Shown: positions 1 to 10,152, numbered from the stretch's first letter. The stretch: 53,855 nt of DNA from an uncultured Bacteroidota bacterium (GCA_903917755.1 CAIXBT010000361.1:1-53855); one strand, 5' to 3'. The notes: generated from the sequence alone by a model not told the origin. Numbers and translations are program-made.

Positions 1-284
1 GCTACCGAGATGATGAATACTTTGCGCTCAAAATACTTTCTTTACATCAATCCAGGTACGCATTATTGCGATGAACCACTAAATTCGCTGTATTTGTATT
101 TAATAATTCATTTTAGCAAAATGAATTTCAATTATGCATAAATTTATTTCAAATACTAAATTTCTATATGTCCAATCAATTAATTTTAAATGTTTTAATT
201 TTTTTCCAAAAAAGAGCCCAATAGTGGTAAATTAGGATTATTCATATGTATAAGTTAAAACTCAGCGCCGCTATTTTCAGCTGT

Positions 285-791
285 TTAGATCGGCTTAAAC
301 TGCTCAAATCCCTGCCGGCAGCTGTAGCAGAAACGGATGGCTCGGCATAGTGTAGAGCCGAAGCTGGAGCGTAGGGTGGTATCAGTACTGCCGCAGTGAG
401 GACAGCGGACCTTTTCGAGCAGTTCGGCGGTCATGTCTTCTTCCATCATAGCTGGTGGTGCGATGCCGAATTTTTCGAGCTTGAGTTTGGCCTCGGGTTT
501 CATCCTGTCGCTCGTCCAGGCGGTCTCCATATCGATGACCACCTCCACATCGTCAAAGCCCATTTTCTTGACGGCGTCATAGATGTCTTTTTTCATGACA
601 CCGAGAGCCGGGCAGCCCACGAATGTAGGCGTCATGGTGATATGAGCGAGCTTCTGACCCTGCATAGTACGGCACAGGACCTTGGTGATCATGCCCATAT
701 CGACCAGACTGAGCACAGGTATCTCGGGGTCTTTGACCGTCTCAAGGGTGGACCATACGTCAGCCTCGGTGAGTGTGTGTAGTGTGTGCAT
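285..791 (-). CDS. paaD: 1,2-phenylacetyl-CoA epoxidase subunit PaaD
   Basis: 168-aa ORF. It has an N-terminal DUF59-like 'VKDPEIPVLSLVDMGMI' motif and a C-terminal CPHCGS...CYSC four-Cys ribbon. It is the last gene of a paaA-B-C-x-D string. Confidence 0.85.
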   Translation of the reverse strand: MHTLHTLTEADVWSTLETVKDPEIPVLSLVDMGMITKVLCRTMQGQKLAHITMTPTFVGCPALGVMKKDIYDAVKKMGFDDVEVVIDMETAWTSDRMKPEAKLKLEKFGIAPPAMMEEDMTAELLEKVRCPHCGSTDTTLRSSFGSTLCRAIRFCYSCRQGFEQFKPI

Positions 792-797
792 GTTATG

Positions 798-1034
798 TTA
801 TTTTCCGGTCACCTGTTCTTTCACATTTTTGTAAAGCCAGTATCTGACGGCATATATCGCAAGGGCAGTAAAACTGATCCCTCCTTCGGCCAGTTCCTCT
901 CCTTCACCAATGATCGGAATGAGCTTGATCGGGTCGGGTATGAATAGCAATATGAAAAATAGCACTCCGACTATCAGCAGTATTTTTCCCGGTTTTCTTT
1001 TGGATGACGCGGTTTCCTTTATTGTAGTCTGCAT
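798..1034 (-). CDS. small two-TM membrane protein, DUF1232/YkvA-like, embedded in the paa cluster
   Basis: 78-aa ORF with two hydrophobic helices (ILLIVGVLFFILLF and ISFTALAIYAVRYWL). The 'IPDPIKLIPIIGEGEEL' stretch resembles the DUF1232 signature. Tightly packed between paaC and paaD. Confidence 0.5.
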   Translation of the reverse strand: MQTTIKETASSKRKPGKILLIVGVLFFILLFIPDPIKLIPIIGEGEELAEGGISFTALAIYAVRYWLYKNVKEQVTGK

Positions 1035-1110
1035 AGCTTTGTTTTAAAGATAAAGCAGAAAATAATGTGCCAAAGCCCAGTATCCGGTCGGTTTTAAGTT
1101 AATTAATGAC

Positions 1111-1869
1111 TTACCATTCGGCACCCGGATCGGTTCTGGTCACTTCTGTCATTTCGTCCAGCAGAGGTTCAAGAAATTTAGAGTGGTAGCCTTTGCGTCC
1201 GCCATAGACGATCTTAGAATCTGCCACCTGAGGCATGGTCAAGCCTGCAGCAGTGACGACCGCGCTGATCTTTTCGAGCCATTTTTCGCGAAGCATTTCT
1301 TCTCCGCCGAAAATACCTTCTTTGATCAGCACATCTTCATACTCAGACTTCTCGAATATGCCATAGGCGAAGGGCATGGCAAAATTCAGGGCAGCCTGCA
1401 TGCGCGCATGGCTCTCTTCGGTACCTTTAGCAAGCTGTTTCAAGAATGAATCCGCATGCATGACATGATATTTGATCTCGCCCTTTACTTTTTTGGCGAG
1501 CTGTGCCAGAGGCTTAAAGCTAGAAGCCGTGAGCATCTCATAGCGGATCAACTCTGCATGGTCAAACAGGAAATGGCGCACCAGACTGAAGTCATATTCA
1601 CCAATGGGAAGTTCCACTAGCTGACAGCACTTAAATTCCTTCTCTGTGCGTTGGAAAGCAATAGTATCAGGATCTTTGTCGCCTAATACTTCATGAGATA
1701 TCTGATACAATGCCTGAGCATGGCCTACTTTGTCCTGAGCCATAGAGGCAAAAGCCAGATCCTCTTCGAGCAGCGGACCGATACCGGTCCATTCAGAATT
1801 GCGGTGGCCAATGATGAGAGCGTCATCGCCCATTTTGTACAAAAGCTCTTTTATTGCTTCTTTATTCAT
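1111..1869 (-). CDS. paaC: 1,2-phenylacetyl-CoA epoxidase subunit PaaC
   Basis: 252-aa ferritin-like protein ('LIIGHRNSEWTGIGPLLEEDLAFASMAQDKVGHAQALY'). Position after paaA-paaB. Confidence 0.85.
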   Translation of the reverse strand: MNKEAIKELLYKMGDDALIIGHRNSEWTGIGPLLEEDLAFASMAQDKVGHAQALYQISHEVLGDKDPDTIAFQRTEKEFKCCQLVELPIGEYDFSLVRHFLFDHAELIRYEMLTASSFKPLAQLAKKVKGEIKYHVMHADSFLKQLAKGTEESHARMQAALNFAMPFAYGIFEKSEYEDVLIKEGIFGGEEMLREKWLEKISAVVTAAGLTMPQVADSKIVYGGRKGYHSKFLEPLLDEMTEVTRTDPGAEW

Positions 1870-1889
1870 AACGTAGGATTAGTATTGTT

Positions 1890-2255
1890 TTAAACGGTGT
1901 GATTTTTTGCCTGATAGGCCTCTATTCGATCACGGACCTTATAGTAGCCCGCCTCACGAAATTCTTTTGAGGGAGTCGTTTCAAAAATATCTTCATCCTC
2001 ATAGCTGAAAGAATAAACATCAGATGTTTTGGCCACCCATATATTGGTGGTAGCACCCCTTCTGGCAAATTGTTCTTTAGCCAGGACAAGGGCCATCTCC
2101 GGGTTTGAGGCATGTACGATACCTACATGAATGACTTGTTTGCCTTTTTTCTCCTGATGAAAAACCTCCCAGGTGATAAGGTGACTATTCGTGTGCTGCT
2201 CTTCATTTCCTATCTTGCTGAGGTCAATTCTATTGACGCGCGGATCGAGTGACAT
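1890..2255 (-). CDS. paaB: 1,2-phenylacetyl-CoA epoxidase subunit PaaB
   Basis: 121-aa ORF with the PaaB-like core 'WEVFHQEKKGKQVIHVGIVHASNPEMALVLAKEQFARRGATTNIWV'. Lies between paaA and paaC. Confidence 0.85.
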   Translation of the reverse strand: MSLDPRVNRIDLSKIGNEEQHTNSHLITWEVFHQEKKGKQVIHVGIVHASNPEMALVLAKEQFARRGATTNIWVAKTSDVYSFSYEDEDIFETTPSKEFREAGYYKVRDRIEAYQAKNHTV

Positions 2256-2272
2256 ATTGATATATTTATGTG

Positions 2273-3259
2273 TTAAGCTAAAGGAATTTTATACTTGTCT
2301 GAAGGGTTCATGAGCGCCTCACGCACCCAGCGGTGAGCCATTTCAGCATATCTGCGCACTTCGAGACGTTCTTTATTGCATGGTCCATCGCCACCGGATA
2401 CGCGTTTGAATTCATCCCAGTCCGGATCACTGAACTCCCATATACCATCAGCATTTTTATGAAGATTGGGGTCCGGCAGAGTGATACCGACTTCCTGGAT
2501 CTTGGATACATACATATCTAAAAACTGATTGCGCATGGCATCATTAGAAGCGAGCTTCACTTTCCATTTCATCAGTTTCTCGCTATGCTTTGAGTTTCTG
2601 TCGGGCGGACCGAAAAAGTGTATCAGTGGCCTGTACCAACGGTTCATTGCCTCCTGAAGCATGGCACGCTGATGTGGAGTACCGGTAGCGAGATAGACAA
2701 AGTTGTCATGGCCCTGCTTGAGGTGAAACGCTTCTTCGTAGCAGATCCTCTCCAGTGCACGGCAGTATGGCCCGTAAGAACCTTTGGAGTTGATGGTTTG
2801 ATTGACGATAGCAGCAGCATCTACCAGAAACCCGATCACGGCTATATCTGCCCAGGTATTGGCAGGATAATTAAACACATTGCTGTATTTGCTCTTGCCG
2901 TTCATGAGATCGTTGAGCATTTCCTCACGGGTTTTGCCGAGAGTTTCAGCAGCGCTATACAGCATCTGTCCGTGGCCTACTTCGTCCTGTACCTTAGCTA
3001 TGAGCGCCAGTTTGCGTCTGAAGTTCGGAGCGCGAGTGATCCATGTACCTTCGGGCAGGGCACCCACTATCTCAGAGTGAGCATGCTGCTCGATCATACG
3101 AAGCAACTGCTTGCGGTACTCTTTGGGCATCCATTCGCCGGGTTCGATCTTTTCACCACGATCGATCTTCGCTTCGAAGGCGGCAAGCTTCTCCGGGTCT
3201 TCATCGGTTACGTTAAGCCTTTTGGCTTCCTCTTCTGTGAGATGCGTGTTTCCGTACAT
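2273..3259 (-). CDS. paaA: 1,2-phenylacetyl-CoA epoxidase catalytic subunit PaaA
   Basis: 328-aa di-iron oxygenase-like protein. It carries E..H motifs ('HAHSEIVG', '[11 protein letters not shown]', '[10 protein letters not shown]') and is the first gene of the paa string. Confidence 0.9.
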   Translation of the reverse strand: MYGNTHLTEEEAKRLNVTDEDPEKLAAFEAKIDRGEKIEPGEWMPKEYRKQLLRMIEQHAHSEIVGALPEGTWITRAPNFRRKLALIAKVQDEVGHGQMLYSAAETLGKTREEMLNDLMNGKSKYSNVFNYPANTWADIAVIGFLVDAAAIVNQTINSKGSYGPYCRALERICYEEAFHLKQGHDNFVYLATGTPHQRAMLQEAMNRWYRPLIHFFGPPDRNSKHSEKLMKWKVKLASNDAMRNQFLDMYVSKIQEVGITLPDPNLHKNADGIWEFSDPDWDEFKRVSGGDGPCNKERLEVRRYAEMAHRWVREALMNPSDKYKIPLA

Positions 3260-3262
3260 GCC

Positions 3263-3841
3263 TTATTTTTTTATTCCTTTCAATAATAAGTTTGAAATGC
3301 TTTCTGCTATCTCTTCCTGCGTCAGTTTTTCGGTACTCTTATATAGGTCGTAGGTAGCATTAAGGGCAGATATGATAGTAAAGACTGCCAGTTTGATATT
3401 CACTTCTTTGAAATCTTTTTCCTCGATGCCTCTTTGTATCAGATCGCGGAAACCCTGATCATATTGATACCTCATTTTCTTGAATTTGGTCAGGTCAGGT
3501 TCTTTGAGAAATATCCATTCATGAAAGAAGACGGTAGATGCATCAAGGTTGTTGGCTATCACACCTATATGTGCTTTGATGGCTGCCTTTAATTTTTTAG
3601 AAGTGTTCTTCTCTGAAGAGATAGCCGTTTTATATGCCTGAAAAAACTGTTCTGCTATGTCAAAACATATCTCATTGAGCAATTCTTCTTTAGAAGCGAG
3701 GTGATTATACAAGCTGGCCGCTTCTATGCCGACTTCTTTAGCCAGATCACGCATAGATGTAGCTGCATAGCCCTTTTCTTTGAAGAGTTTTTTTGCCGTA
3801 CGGCGTATCTCTGACTTTCTATCGGGTTTGATTGTTGCCAT
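3263..3841 (-). CDS. TetR/AcrR-family transcriptional regulator
   Basis: 192-aa ORF with an N-terminal TetR HTH ('KGYAATSMRDLAKEVGIEAASLYNHLASKEELL'). It ends 4 nt upstream of the paaA start. Confidence 0.85.
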   Translation of the reverse strand: MATIKPDRKSEIRRTAKKLFKEKGYAATSMRDLAKEVGIEAASLYNHLASKEELLNEICFDIAEQFFQAYKTAISSEKNTSKKLKAAIKAHIGVIANNLDASTVFFHEWIFLKEPDLTKFKKMRYQYDQGFRDLIQRGIEEKDFKEVNIKLAVFTIISALNATYDLYKSTEKLTQEEIAESISNLLLKGIKK

Positions 3842-3850
3842 ATTTATTTA

Positions 3851-3864
3851 CTAACGTTCGTTAG
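3851..3864. promoter_or_regulatory. candidate TetR operator (inverted repeat CTAACG-TT-CGTTAG)
   Basis: Inverted repeat with 6-bp arms and a 2-bp spacer, lying 10-23 nt upstream of the TetR start codon at 3841. This placement is typical of autoregulated TetR operators. Confidence 0.35.
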
Positions 3865-3911
3865 CCAAAGATAAAGCTGCTTTTCCACTTTGTCAAATTT
3901 ATTTTTTGAGA

Positions 3912-5141
3912 CTACTTTATGGCAGCATCCTGCACTGATTCTGATGCCTTCCTGGCCGGAAAATAAGCCGCGACCAAGGCTATAATCACCACGGTAATGA
4001 ATGTGAGGAGATAGTCATCGATCTTTAATTTGATCGGATAGCCTTGTATCACAAAGCTATTATCTCCACCTGACAACTTGAGAAATTCATATTTCATTTG
4101 GAGGAGACAGAGGATGGTGGCCAGAATAATCCCTACAATGGCACCTATAGAGGCAGACAGCACCCCTTCGAGCAGAAAGATGCGCTGTATCATGGACCGG
4201 TCAGCACCCATAGCCATAAGAATAGAAATGTCGCTTTGCTTTTCGATCACGAGCATAGAGAGTGAACCAATGATATTAAATGAAATGATAAGCATGATAA
4301 AAGCCAGAATGGCATATACCGCCCAGCGCTCCAGCCTCATGACCCTGTAGATGGTCTCCCGCTGTTCGTATCTTGTCTTTACAGCATAGGTGCTCCCTGC
4401 CAGTTTTTGGATCTCTTCTTTTGCTGCATTGAGATCAGCATCAGGCTTCAACTTGATCTCATAGGCTGAGACGTCATGCTCTAGGCCCAGAAGCTCAGAG
4501 GCGAATTCTAAAGAGACAAACACATATTTAGAATCAAACTCCTGCTGAATAGAGAACACGCCTCCCGGTACCACGTCACGAAAGGTAAAGGCATCTTCCG
4601 GCATGATCGCCGTGCCTTTGCCCTTTTTCGGTACGGTGATCTGCAGCGGATATACTGACCGTTCTACATTTACATTCAGTGCAGCATAAACATTGGCTCC
4701 CACTACCGCATATTGATTGAAGGAATCGCTGAGCATGAATTTGCCCATCTTGATATGGCTCTTCACATCTGTTACATCGTTATATTTGTCATCAACCCCC
4801 TTCACCGTACAGATATAATCCTTGTCTATGTATTTGATGTAGGCATTTTCTTCGAGTGTACGAGAAAGTGCTGCCACATGAGGTGAACTGATCAGTTTAT
4901 TACGTAGCTGAATATCATCCGTAAAGGTTTTGCCTTTGATGGCTGTAACTGTAAGGTCTGTATAAAAGGCATTGTATAATGATGTGGCGAGACTCTCAAA
5001 ACCATTGAAAGTACTAAGTACTACTATCAGCGCGAATGCGCCGACTCCCATCCCCACCATCGATACTGCTGCGATGATATTAATCGCATTGGTAGATTTC
5101 TTTGAAAAAAGATAGCGTAGAGCTATTTTGAATGTGAGCAT
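3912..5141 (-). CDS. FtsX/LolC/LolE-family ABC transporter permease
   Basis: 409-aa ORF with the start 'MLTFKIALRYLFSKKSTNAINIIAAVSMVGMGVGAFALIVVLS', a large periplasmic loop and three C-terminal TM helices (FtsX fold). Confidence 0.8.
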   Translation of the reverse strand: MLTFKIALRYLFSKKSTNAINIIAAVSMVGMGVGAFALIVVLSTFNGFESLATSLYNAFYTDLTVTAIKGKTFTDDIQLRNKLISSPHVAALSRTLEENAYIKYIDKDYICTVKGVDDKYNDVTDVKSHIKMGKFMLSDSFNQYAVVGANVYAALNVNVERSVYPLQITVPKKGKGTAIMPEDAFTFRDVVPGGVFSIQQEFDSKYVFVSLEFASELLGLEHDVSAYEIKLKPDADLNAAKEEIQKLAGSTYAVKTRYEQRETIYRVMRLERWAVYAILAFIMLIISFNIIGSLSMLVIEKQSDISILMAMGADRSMIQRIFLLEGVLSASIGAIVGIILATILCLLQMKYEFLKLSGGDNSFVIQGYPIKLKIDDYLLTFITVVIIALVAAYFPARKASESVQDAAIK

Positions 5142-5189
5142 GCGGAATGGTTAGTGACGGGGACTATACCTCGTACCCCATTTAATGAT

Positions 5190-5558
5190 TTAGCTGCCTT
5201 TGATATTGTCGTCGTCTGTTTTGATCTTTTTGAAAAGCTCCTCCATACGAAACACATCATCCAATGTATCGTCAAGAAAAAATTCTACCTCTGGGACTCG
5301 GCGGAGACTAAATCTGAGCTTATCTCCCAACATCCTTTTTATCTCTTGCTTTTTGTCCTGAAACTGTTGAATCACCTCGTCTTTATCCCCATTGAACACA
5401 CTCAAATGAAAGCGTACCGTAGAGAGGTCCGGAGTCACTTTGACATTGGTCACCGTTACAAAGGCCTTGCCATAGATACTTCTGCCCGACTTAAGCAATA
5501 TATCTGTAAACTCCTCTTTGATAAGGGATGCTACTTTTTGTTGTCTTCTACTATCCAT
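5190..5558 (-). CDS. rbfA: 30S ribosome-binding factor RbfA
   Basis: 122-aa ORF with an RbfA-type start ('RRQQKVASLIKEEFTDILL') and an RbfA-like length. Confidence 0.85.
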   Translation of the reverse strand: MDSRRQQKVASLIKEEFTDILLKSGRSIYGKAFVTVTNVKVTPDLSTVRFHLSVFNGDKDEVIQQFQDKKQEIKRMLGDKLRFSLRRVPEVEFFLDDTLDDVFRMEELFKKIKTDDDNIKGS

Positions 5559-5642
5559 GCTCCAAAGTTAGGAGTAAATCCTGAAACGCGGGCTAAAATA
5601 TAAAAGCGATAGCCGGCATAAGGGAAGCAGAGACCCGGCTAT

Positions 5643-7235
5643 CTATTTAGGTGTAATGGATTTAACCCTTCTTCCCTGAAAATAAGCTACAATGAAGCAA
5701 CTCTTATAGCGCGGCTTCATGATATCAAAGTATAGCTTTTTAATAACCTCGAAATCTGTCGTATTGCCAAGCAGATATCTAAAGTTACCTTCTTCCTGCA
5801 GTACTTCATAACCTTTCAGGTGCTCATAATATGAGGTGTCGATAGGGATCAGCTTCTTTAGCTCATAGAATTGTATCCTGTAGATCGTATCTTCCGTAAT
5901 GGGGATATTATGTTTAGCTGTAGGGGCATCTGATTTGCTGAGGCCTTTCTCATCAAAAGGGTTGAACCTATTGTTGAGAGGCGCGTTGGTCAGCATGGTA
6001 GATTGAGCTACATTTTCCACTACTATCTCACTGAGATTATATTGAATCTCATCACTAGACCGGCCCAGCATCTTGCGGACGTCCATGATGCGTTGAGACA
6101 TGGTCTTTTTTTCTGTTTTGGGGATATTATTGAACATCAGGTCCTGCTCTACTGCTGCTGCAGGGAGTACATATACTCGTTTTTTCTCTGAGATGGTATC
6201 ATAATAGCTCCATAGCGGAATGAAGCCATAATCGCCCATATGCGTTTCGCCTGTGAAATTGTTTTTCTTCAGATCTATGTCCATTACTATGCCCGCTTTG
6301 GTCCTGTCTTCAGTACTACTAGACATTAGATTGCCGAGCGAGTAGCAGACAAGTCCCTGTTTTTCTTTGCCCTGATAGTAATAGTTCATGATATCGATCC
6401 GCTGCACGGTATTGGGAAATGTGCCGACCACGATATTAGCACCCTGCTCCAGAATGAATTTGCTGAGAGCCTCCTGAGAATAGGCCGGATATTCCTGATA
6501 GTTGCCACCCCAATCCAGATATACGATGATAAAATCAGGCTCCATAGACCGGGCCACTTTCATGTCGCGCTCTATCTGTACATGATCTATCTGATTGATG
6601 ATATAATCTCGTGAAATGCCCGGGCGCTGTGATATGCTCGTATAATTGAGCAGAGCGATCTTGAATCCTTTTCTGTTTATAATGAGCGGATAATTGCCAT
6701 TGCGCATCAGATTGTCAGCAAAAGCCCCTGTGGAGCGAATATCAAATATCTCAAGTGCTTTTTTGGTCCTTGACATTCCTTTTTTGTCGAGATAGGCCGT
6801 ATTAAGATTGGCCATGACACAGTTATTGATACCCGAATATTTCATAGCCAATGCCAGCTCATCAGGTGATGAGAATGGATTGGAATTATCTCCGGTGAAA
6901 CCTGTTTTCATGTTTGCTATCACCACATCACCGAGATTCAATATAGGATTGACATATCGCAACTCAGCACTGAAATCATATTTCTTTGTGACAGGATTGA
7001 ACGCATGCTGTATCTGATACTCGGATTGGTATATATTGCCCGCTATCATGAGGTGCAACATTCTGAAAGAATCTACCTGTTCCGGCCGATCATCGTCATA
7101 TTCCACAGACCGCACTCTGGCCTGTGTGAATCCGTTAACCGATACTAATAATACTACCAGCAGCAAACAGAGTTTATGCCACTGGATTTGAATCCAATTC
7201 TTCGACATTATTTTCGAAATTAATTCTTTGCCCAT
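5643..7235 (-). CDS. CapA/PGA_cap-like (metallophosphatase-fold) secreted protein, catalytic motifs apparently degenerate
   Basis: 530-aa ORF with a signal/TM segment. The motif spacing resembles CapA: 'MIAGNIY', 'LGDVVIANMKT', 'GINNCVMANLNTAYLD', 'FKIALLNYTS'. The start could instead be M10 (7208). Confidence 0.5.
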   Translation of the reverse strand: MGKELISKIMSKNWIQIQWHKLCLLLVVLLVSVNGFTQARVRSVEYDDDRPEQVDSFRMLHLMIAGNIYQSEYQIQHAFNPVTKKYDFSAELRYVNPILNLGDVVIANMKTGFTGDNSNPFSSPDELALAMKYSGINNCVMANLNTAYLDKKGMSRTKKALEIFDIRSTGAFADNLMRNGNYPLIINRKGFKIALLNYTSISQRPGISRDYIINQIDHVQIERDMKVARSMEPDFIIVYLDWGGNYQEYPAYSQEALSKFILEQGANIVVGTFPNTVQRIDIMNYYYQGKEKQGLVCYSLGNLMSSSTEDRTKAGIVMDIDLKKNNFTGETHMGDYGFIPLWSYYDTISEKKRVYVLPAAAVEQDLMFNNIPKTEKKTMSQRIMDVRKMLGRSSDEIQYNLSEIVVENVAQSTMLTNAPLNNRFNPFDEKGLSKSDAPTAKHNIPITEDTIYRIQFYELKKLIPIDTSYYEHLKGYEVLQEEGNFRYLLGNTTDFEVIKKLYFDIMKPRYKSCFIVAYFQGRRVKSITPK

Positions 7236-7876
7236 TCAAATATGTCCAAATTTTCAACAATACCCACCCCTTTGTATGGTTTTTGTACAGCATTTATCAT
7301 CGCCGTAGCAACAGTATCTGCCGAAACACCTTTGTACTTTGACAAAGGACCGGAAAAGAGAAATGGCATCTGCTTTGCCACCCACTGCCCGACCGCCTCT
7401 CCCGGGCGGGATTCGGTTCTTTCGCCTAGTAGTATAGACGGCCTGAGAATGATTACCTTCTCATATCCCAGTTTAGAAATGGCCTCTTCCACTTCACCTT
7501 TGACTTTCGTATAAAGCACCACAGATTTTTTGTCGGCACCTATAGAAGACAATAATATGAAAGTTGTGGCTCCATTTCTTCTGGCTATCTCTGCTACTTT
7601 GAGCTGATATTCATAGTCCACTTTTGTAAACTTAACCGAACTTCCGGCTTTGCGCAAAGTGGTACCCAGCGTAGACAAGACCGCATCTGCTTTGATCTCT
7701 GCCGCATAGTTATCCAGTTTATCAAAATCCACAATGGTTTGAGTCAATTTAGGATGAGTAATATCCAATGGCCTACGCACCAAGGCGATGACCCTGTCAA
7801 ACCTATCGTCTGAAAGGAGTACCTTAAGACAGTGACTGCCTATCAATCCTGAAGCTCCAAGTAAAAGTACTGTCAT
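7220..7876 (-). CDS. NAD(P)H-binding (atypical SDR / HTATIP2-like) oxidoreductase
   Basis: Rossmann motif 'MTVLLLGASGLIGSHCL'. I placed the start at the internal Met (residue 22 of the 239-aa ORF), just before the glycine-rich loop. Confidence 0.7.
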   Translation of the reverse strand: MTVLLLGASGLIGSHCLKVLLSDDRFDRVIALVRRPLDITHPKLTQTIVDFDKLDNYAAEIKADAVLSTLGTTLRKAGSSVKFTKVDYEYQLKVAEIARRNGATTFILLSSIGADKKSVVLYTKVKGEVEEAISKLGYEKVIILRPSILLGERTESRPGEAVGQWVAKQMPFLFSGPLSKYKGVSADTVATAMINAVQKPYKGVGIVENLDIFEWAKN

Positions 7877-7977
7877 AGTTTCTTTTTTATCACTATCCGT
7901 CTGTATGGGTTCAGCGATACAGCGAATATCAAAATACATTTTATCTGCGAATTAACAAAGGGCGACAAATGTATTCA

Positions 7978-8280
7978 TTATATCTCCCGAAGCAATGTCC
8001 TGAATGCGCCAAATTTGTCCGGCCATGTATCAAGAGCTTCTTTCTGCAGAGCTTCGGCATATTTTTCCTTGTAGTCAAAATAGTCGCTTAGCTCCTTTGC
8101 GAAATACTGCACTGCATATGTCATACCATCACTTTGGTTTTCCTCCATAATGCGATAAAATTTGAAATCTTTGAAACAACCTGTTTGCAGGACTTTCGGA
8201 ATATGGTCCTCTTTCATCCATCTGACCCAGAGTTCATGTACATCGAGGTCCACTTTTACGGTTACATTATATACTATCAT
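7978..8280 (-). CDS. DUF4286-family protein
   Basis: 100-aa ORF with the start 'MIVYNVTVKVDLDVHELWVRWMKEDHIPKVL', characteristic of the Bacteroidota DUF4286 family. Confidence 0.6.
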   Translation of the reverse strand: MIVYNVTVKVDLDVHELWVRWMKEDHIPKVLQTGCFKDFKFYRIMEENQSDGMTYAVQYFAKELSDYFDYKEKYAEALQKEALDTWPDKFGAFRTLLREI

Positions 8281-8337
8281 TTAATTACTTATATGTTTAA
8301 TTGCAGGTGTAAATATAGATTAAAGAGGCGATTGATC

Positions 8338-10152
8338 TTACTCCAATTTATCTCCCCGCAGAGCACGATATCTCTTCCGAGCCTCTATAACCAGAAGTGA
8401 GTTGTTGTAATCTGTGATGATAGACTTATAGAGCTCTTTGGCTTTTTCTATATTATGCAATTCCGTTTCATTGATCACAGCCAGCAGAAATGTAGCATCA
8501 TCGCCCTTTATGTCCTTACCGTAATTTTTAATGATGTCTTCCAGCAGCGGCACGGCTTTCTGAAATTCACGTTTGCGGACATATATCTCCGCCTTGGTAT
8601 ATTCTATATCATCAAACAAAGCATGACCGGGATATATCTTCAAAATCGAATCCAGTTTTTTTTCGGCCTCTTCATCTTTGTTTTGAAACAAAAGCAGCTC
8701 CGCACCGGCATATATACTCATAGCCTTGGTATCGGTATCCATACCAAGATTGTCAATAATAAATGCTGAAAGGTTAATAGCGTCATTAGAAGTAAGTTCC
8801 GATGTAGAGGCTTTCAGGACTTTGAGCTGCTCCTGTGCCCAGTCGAAATCCCCTTTGTAATATGAGAGTTTGGCGTTTCTGAATCTTGCTTCTTCGCCTA
8901 GTGGTCCGTCTTTTTCTTCTTTGTCTACCTGTGAATAGAGCAGCGTAGATTCCCACACATCGCCACTGATGAGATAAAAATCTCCCAGAGAAAGCTTGGT
9001 TTGATTCTTAAGTTGAACGGAGATGCCGGGCATATTTATCACGCCTTCACAATCGCTGATGGCAGCAGGAATATCATGCAGATAGAAACCCTCCAGATCT
9101 GCAAGTTCTTTCATAGACTGGGCTGTATGTGGAGTTTTGCCATTTTCCTCTATGAACGAGATGTAATCTGATTTCAAACCCAAGAGGTCCTCTCGTGTAT
9201 AGTTGATCGTCTTTGCTATTTTCTCTTTGCGGCAGTTGAGTAGTTCGGTCTTTGCCTCAAAATATAAGCTGCTCTTGGGCACTCTTTTTACTACATAATC
9301 AAACCCGTTGACAGCTTCATCATAAAATCCTTCTACCTGTGCCATCCGGGCTACGGTCAGGACCCGATAGCCATCATCACTTTTCCGTTTATCAAGGGCT
9401 TTCATTTGTACCAATGCACCTTCGAAATCCTTGTTCTGTACATATATCCATGTCAGAAAATCGATGTAGTCATCATTGTCAGGTTTCTTCTGTATACGGC
9501 CATATAGCTGAGTTTCCATTTGAGCCATCAGCTTGTCTGCATCACGTGCCGTCTGAAGAAGGTTTTTCACCTGCTGAACATTGCCCGGATTCTTCTCTAT
9601 ATTATCTATATAATACTTTGCTGCGGTAGGTAAATCTCCTTTATTAAAATATGCTCCTCCTAATTCATACGAGAAATCCAGATTGCCCTTGAATATCTTT
9701 CCTCCCTTTTCATAAGTAGCGATCTCGTAATCATTTTCCCTGTATGTCTTGAAGGCAATGGCTATCTGCCGAATATCCATTTCGTTCGCACGGATATTTT
9801 TGATCACCTTTTCATACATATCTTTACTCTTTGCCAGGTCTCCTTTTGATTTGTAGAGATAGCCCAGATCGATCTGATACTGTACTGTCTGGTCAAATTT
9901 TTTGATCTGCTTTTTGACTAGTTTCTCTGCGTCATCAAATTTTTTCAAGGTCAGATATGTACTGAACAAAGGCGCATAAAACTGCGGGGAGTAATTGTTT
10001 TTTTCCCAAAGTGATTGATAGAGTTCGGCTGCTTTTTCAAACTCTCCGTTTTGAAAATAACTTGCAGCCAAAGTCTCATCCCTGCCTTTCTGCGCAGAGA
10101 CCGAAGACAGTGCAAGCAAGTAGCACAGAAGTACCAAAAATCCATTTTTCAT
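8338..10152 (-). CDS. tetratricopeptide-repeat protein with signal peptide
   Basis: 604-aa ORF with the signal peptide 'MKNGFLVLLCYLLALSSVSAQ'. TPR-like A/Y/F-rich helices recur along its length ('AASYFQNGEFEKAAELYQ', 'GGAYFNKGDLPTAAKYY'). Confidence 0.75.
   Translation of the reverse strand: MKNGFLVLLCYLLALSSVSAQKGRDETLAASYFQNGEFEKAAELYQSLWEKNNYSPQFYAPLFSTYLTLKKFDDAEKLVKKQIKKFDQTVQYQIDLGYLYKSKGDLAKSKDMYEKVIKNIRANEMDIRQIAIAFKTYRENDYEIATYEKGGKIFKGNLDFSYELGGAYFNKGDLPTAAKYYIDNIEKNPGNVQQVKNLLQTARDADKLMAQMETQLYGRIQKKPDNDDYIDFLTWIYVQNKDFEGALVQMKALDKRKSDDGYRVLTVARMAQVEGFYDEAVNGFDYVVKRVPKSSLYFEAKTELLNCRKEKIAKTINYTREDLLGLKSDYISFIEENGKTPHTAQSMKELADLEGFYLHDIPAAISDCEGVINMPGISVQLKNQTKLSLGDFYLISGDVWESTLLYSQVDKEEKDGPLGEEARFRNAKLSYYKGDFDWAQEQLKVLKASTSELTSNDAINLSAFIIDNLGMDTDTKAMSIYAGAELLLFQNKDEEAEKKLDSILKIYPGHALFDDIEYTKAEIYVRKREFQKAVPLLEDIIKNYGKDIKGDDATFLLAVINETELHNIEKAKELYKSIITDYNNSLLVIEARKRYRALRGDKLE

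Noticed and set aside
1-141. Open frame running in from the left edge (…ATEMMNTLRSKYFLYINPGTHYCDEPLNSLYLYLIIHFSKMNFNYA*).
   Set aside because: It is too short and featureless to be called the 3' end of a gene. The region is AT-rich, so it was left unannotated.
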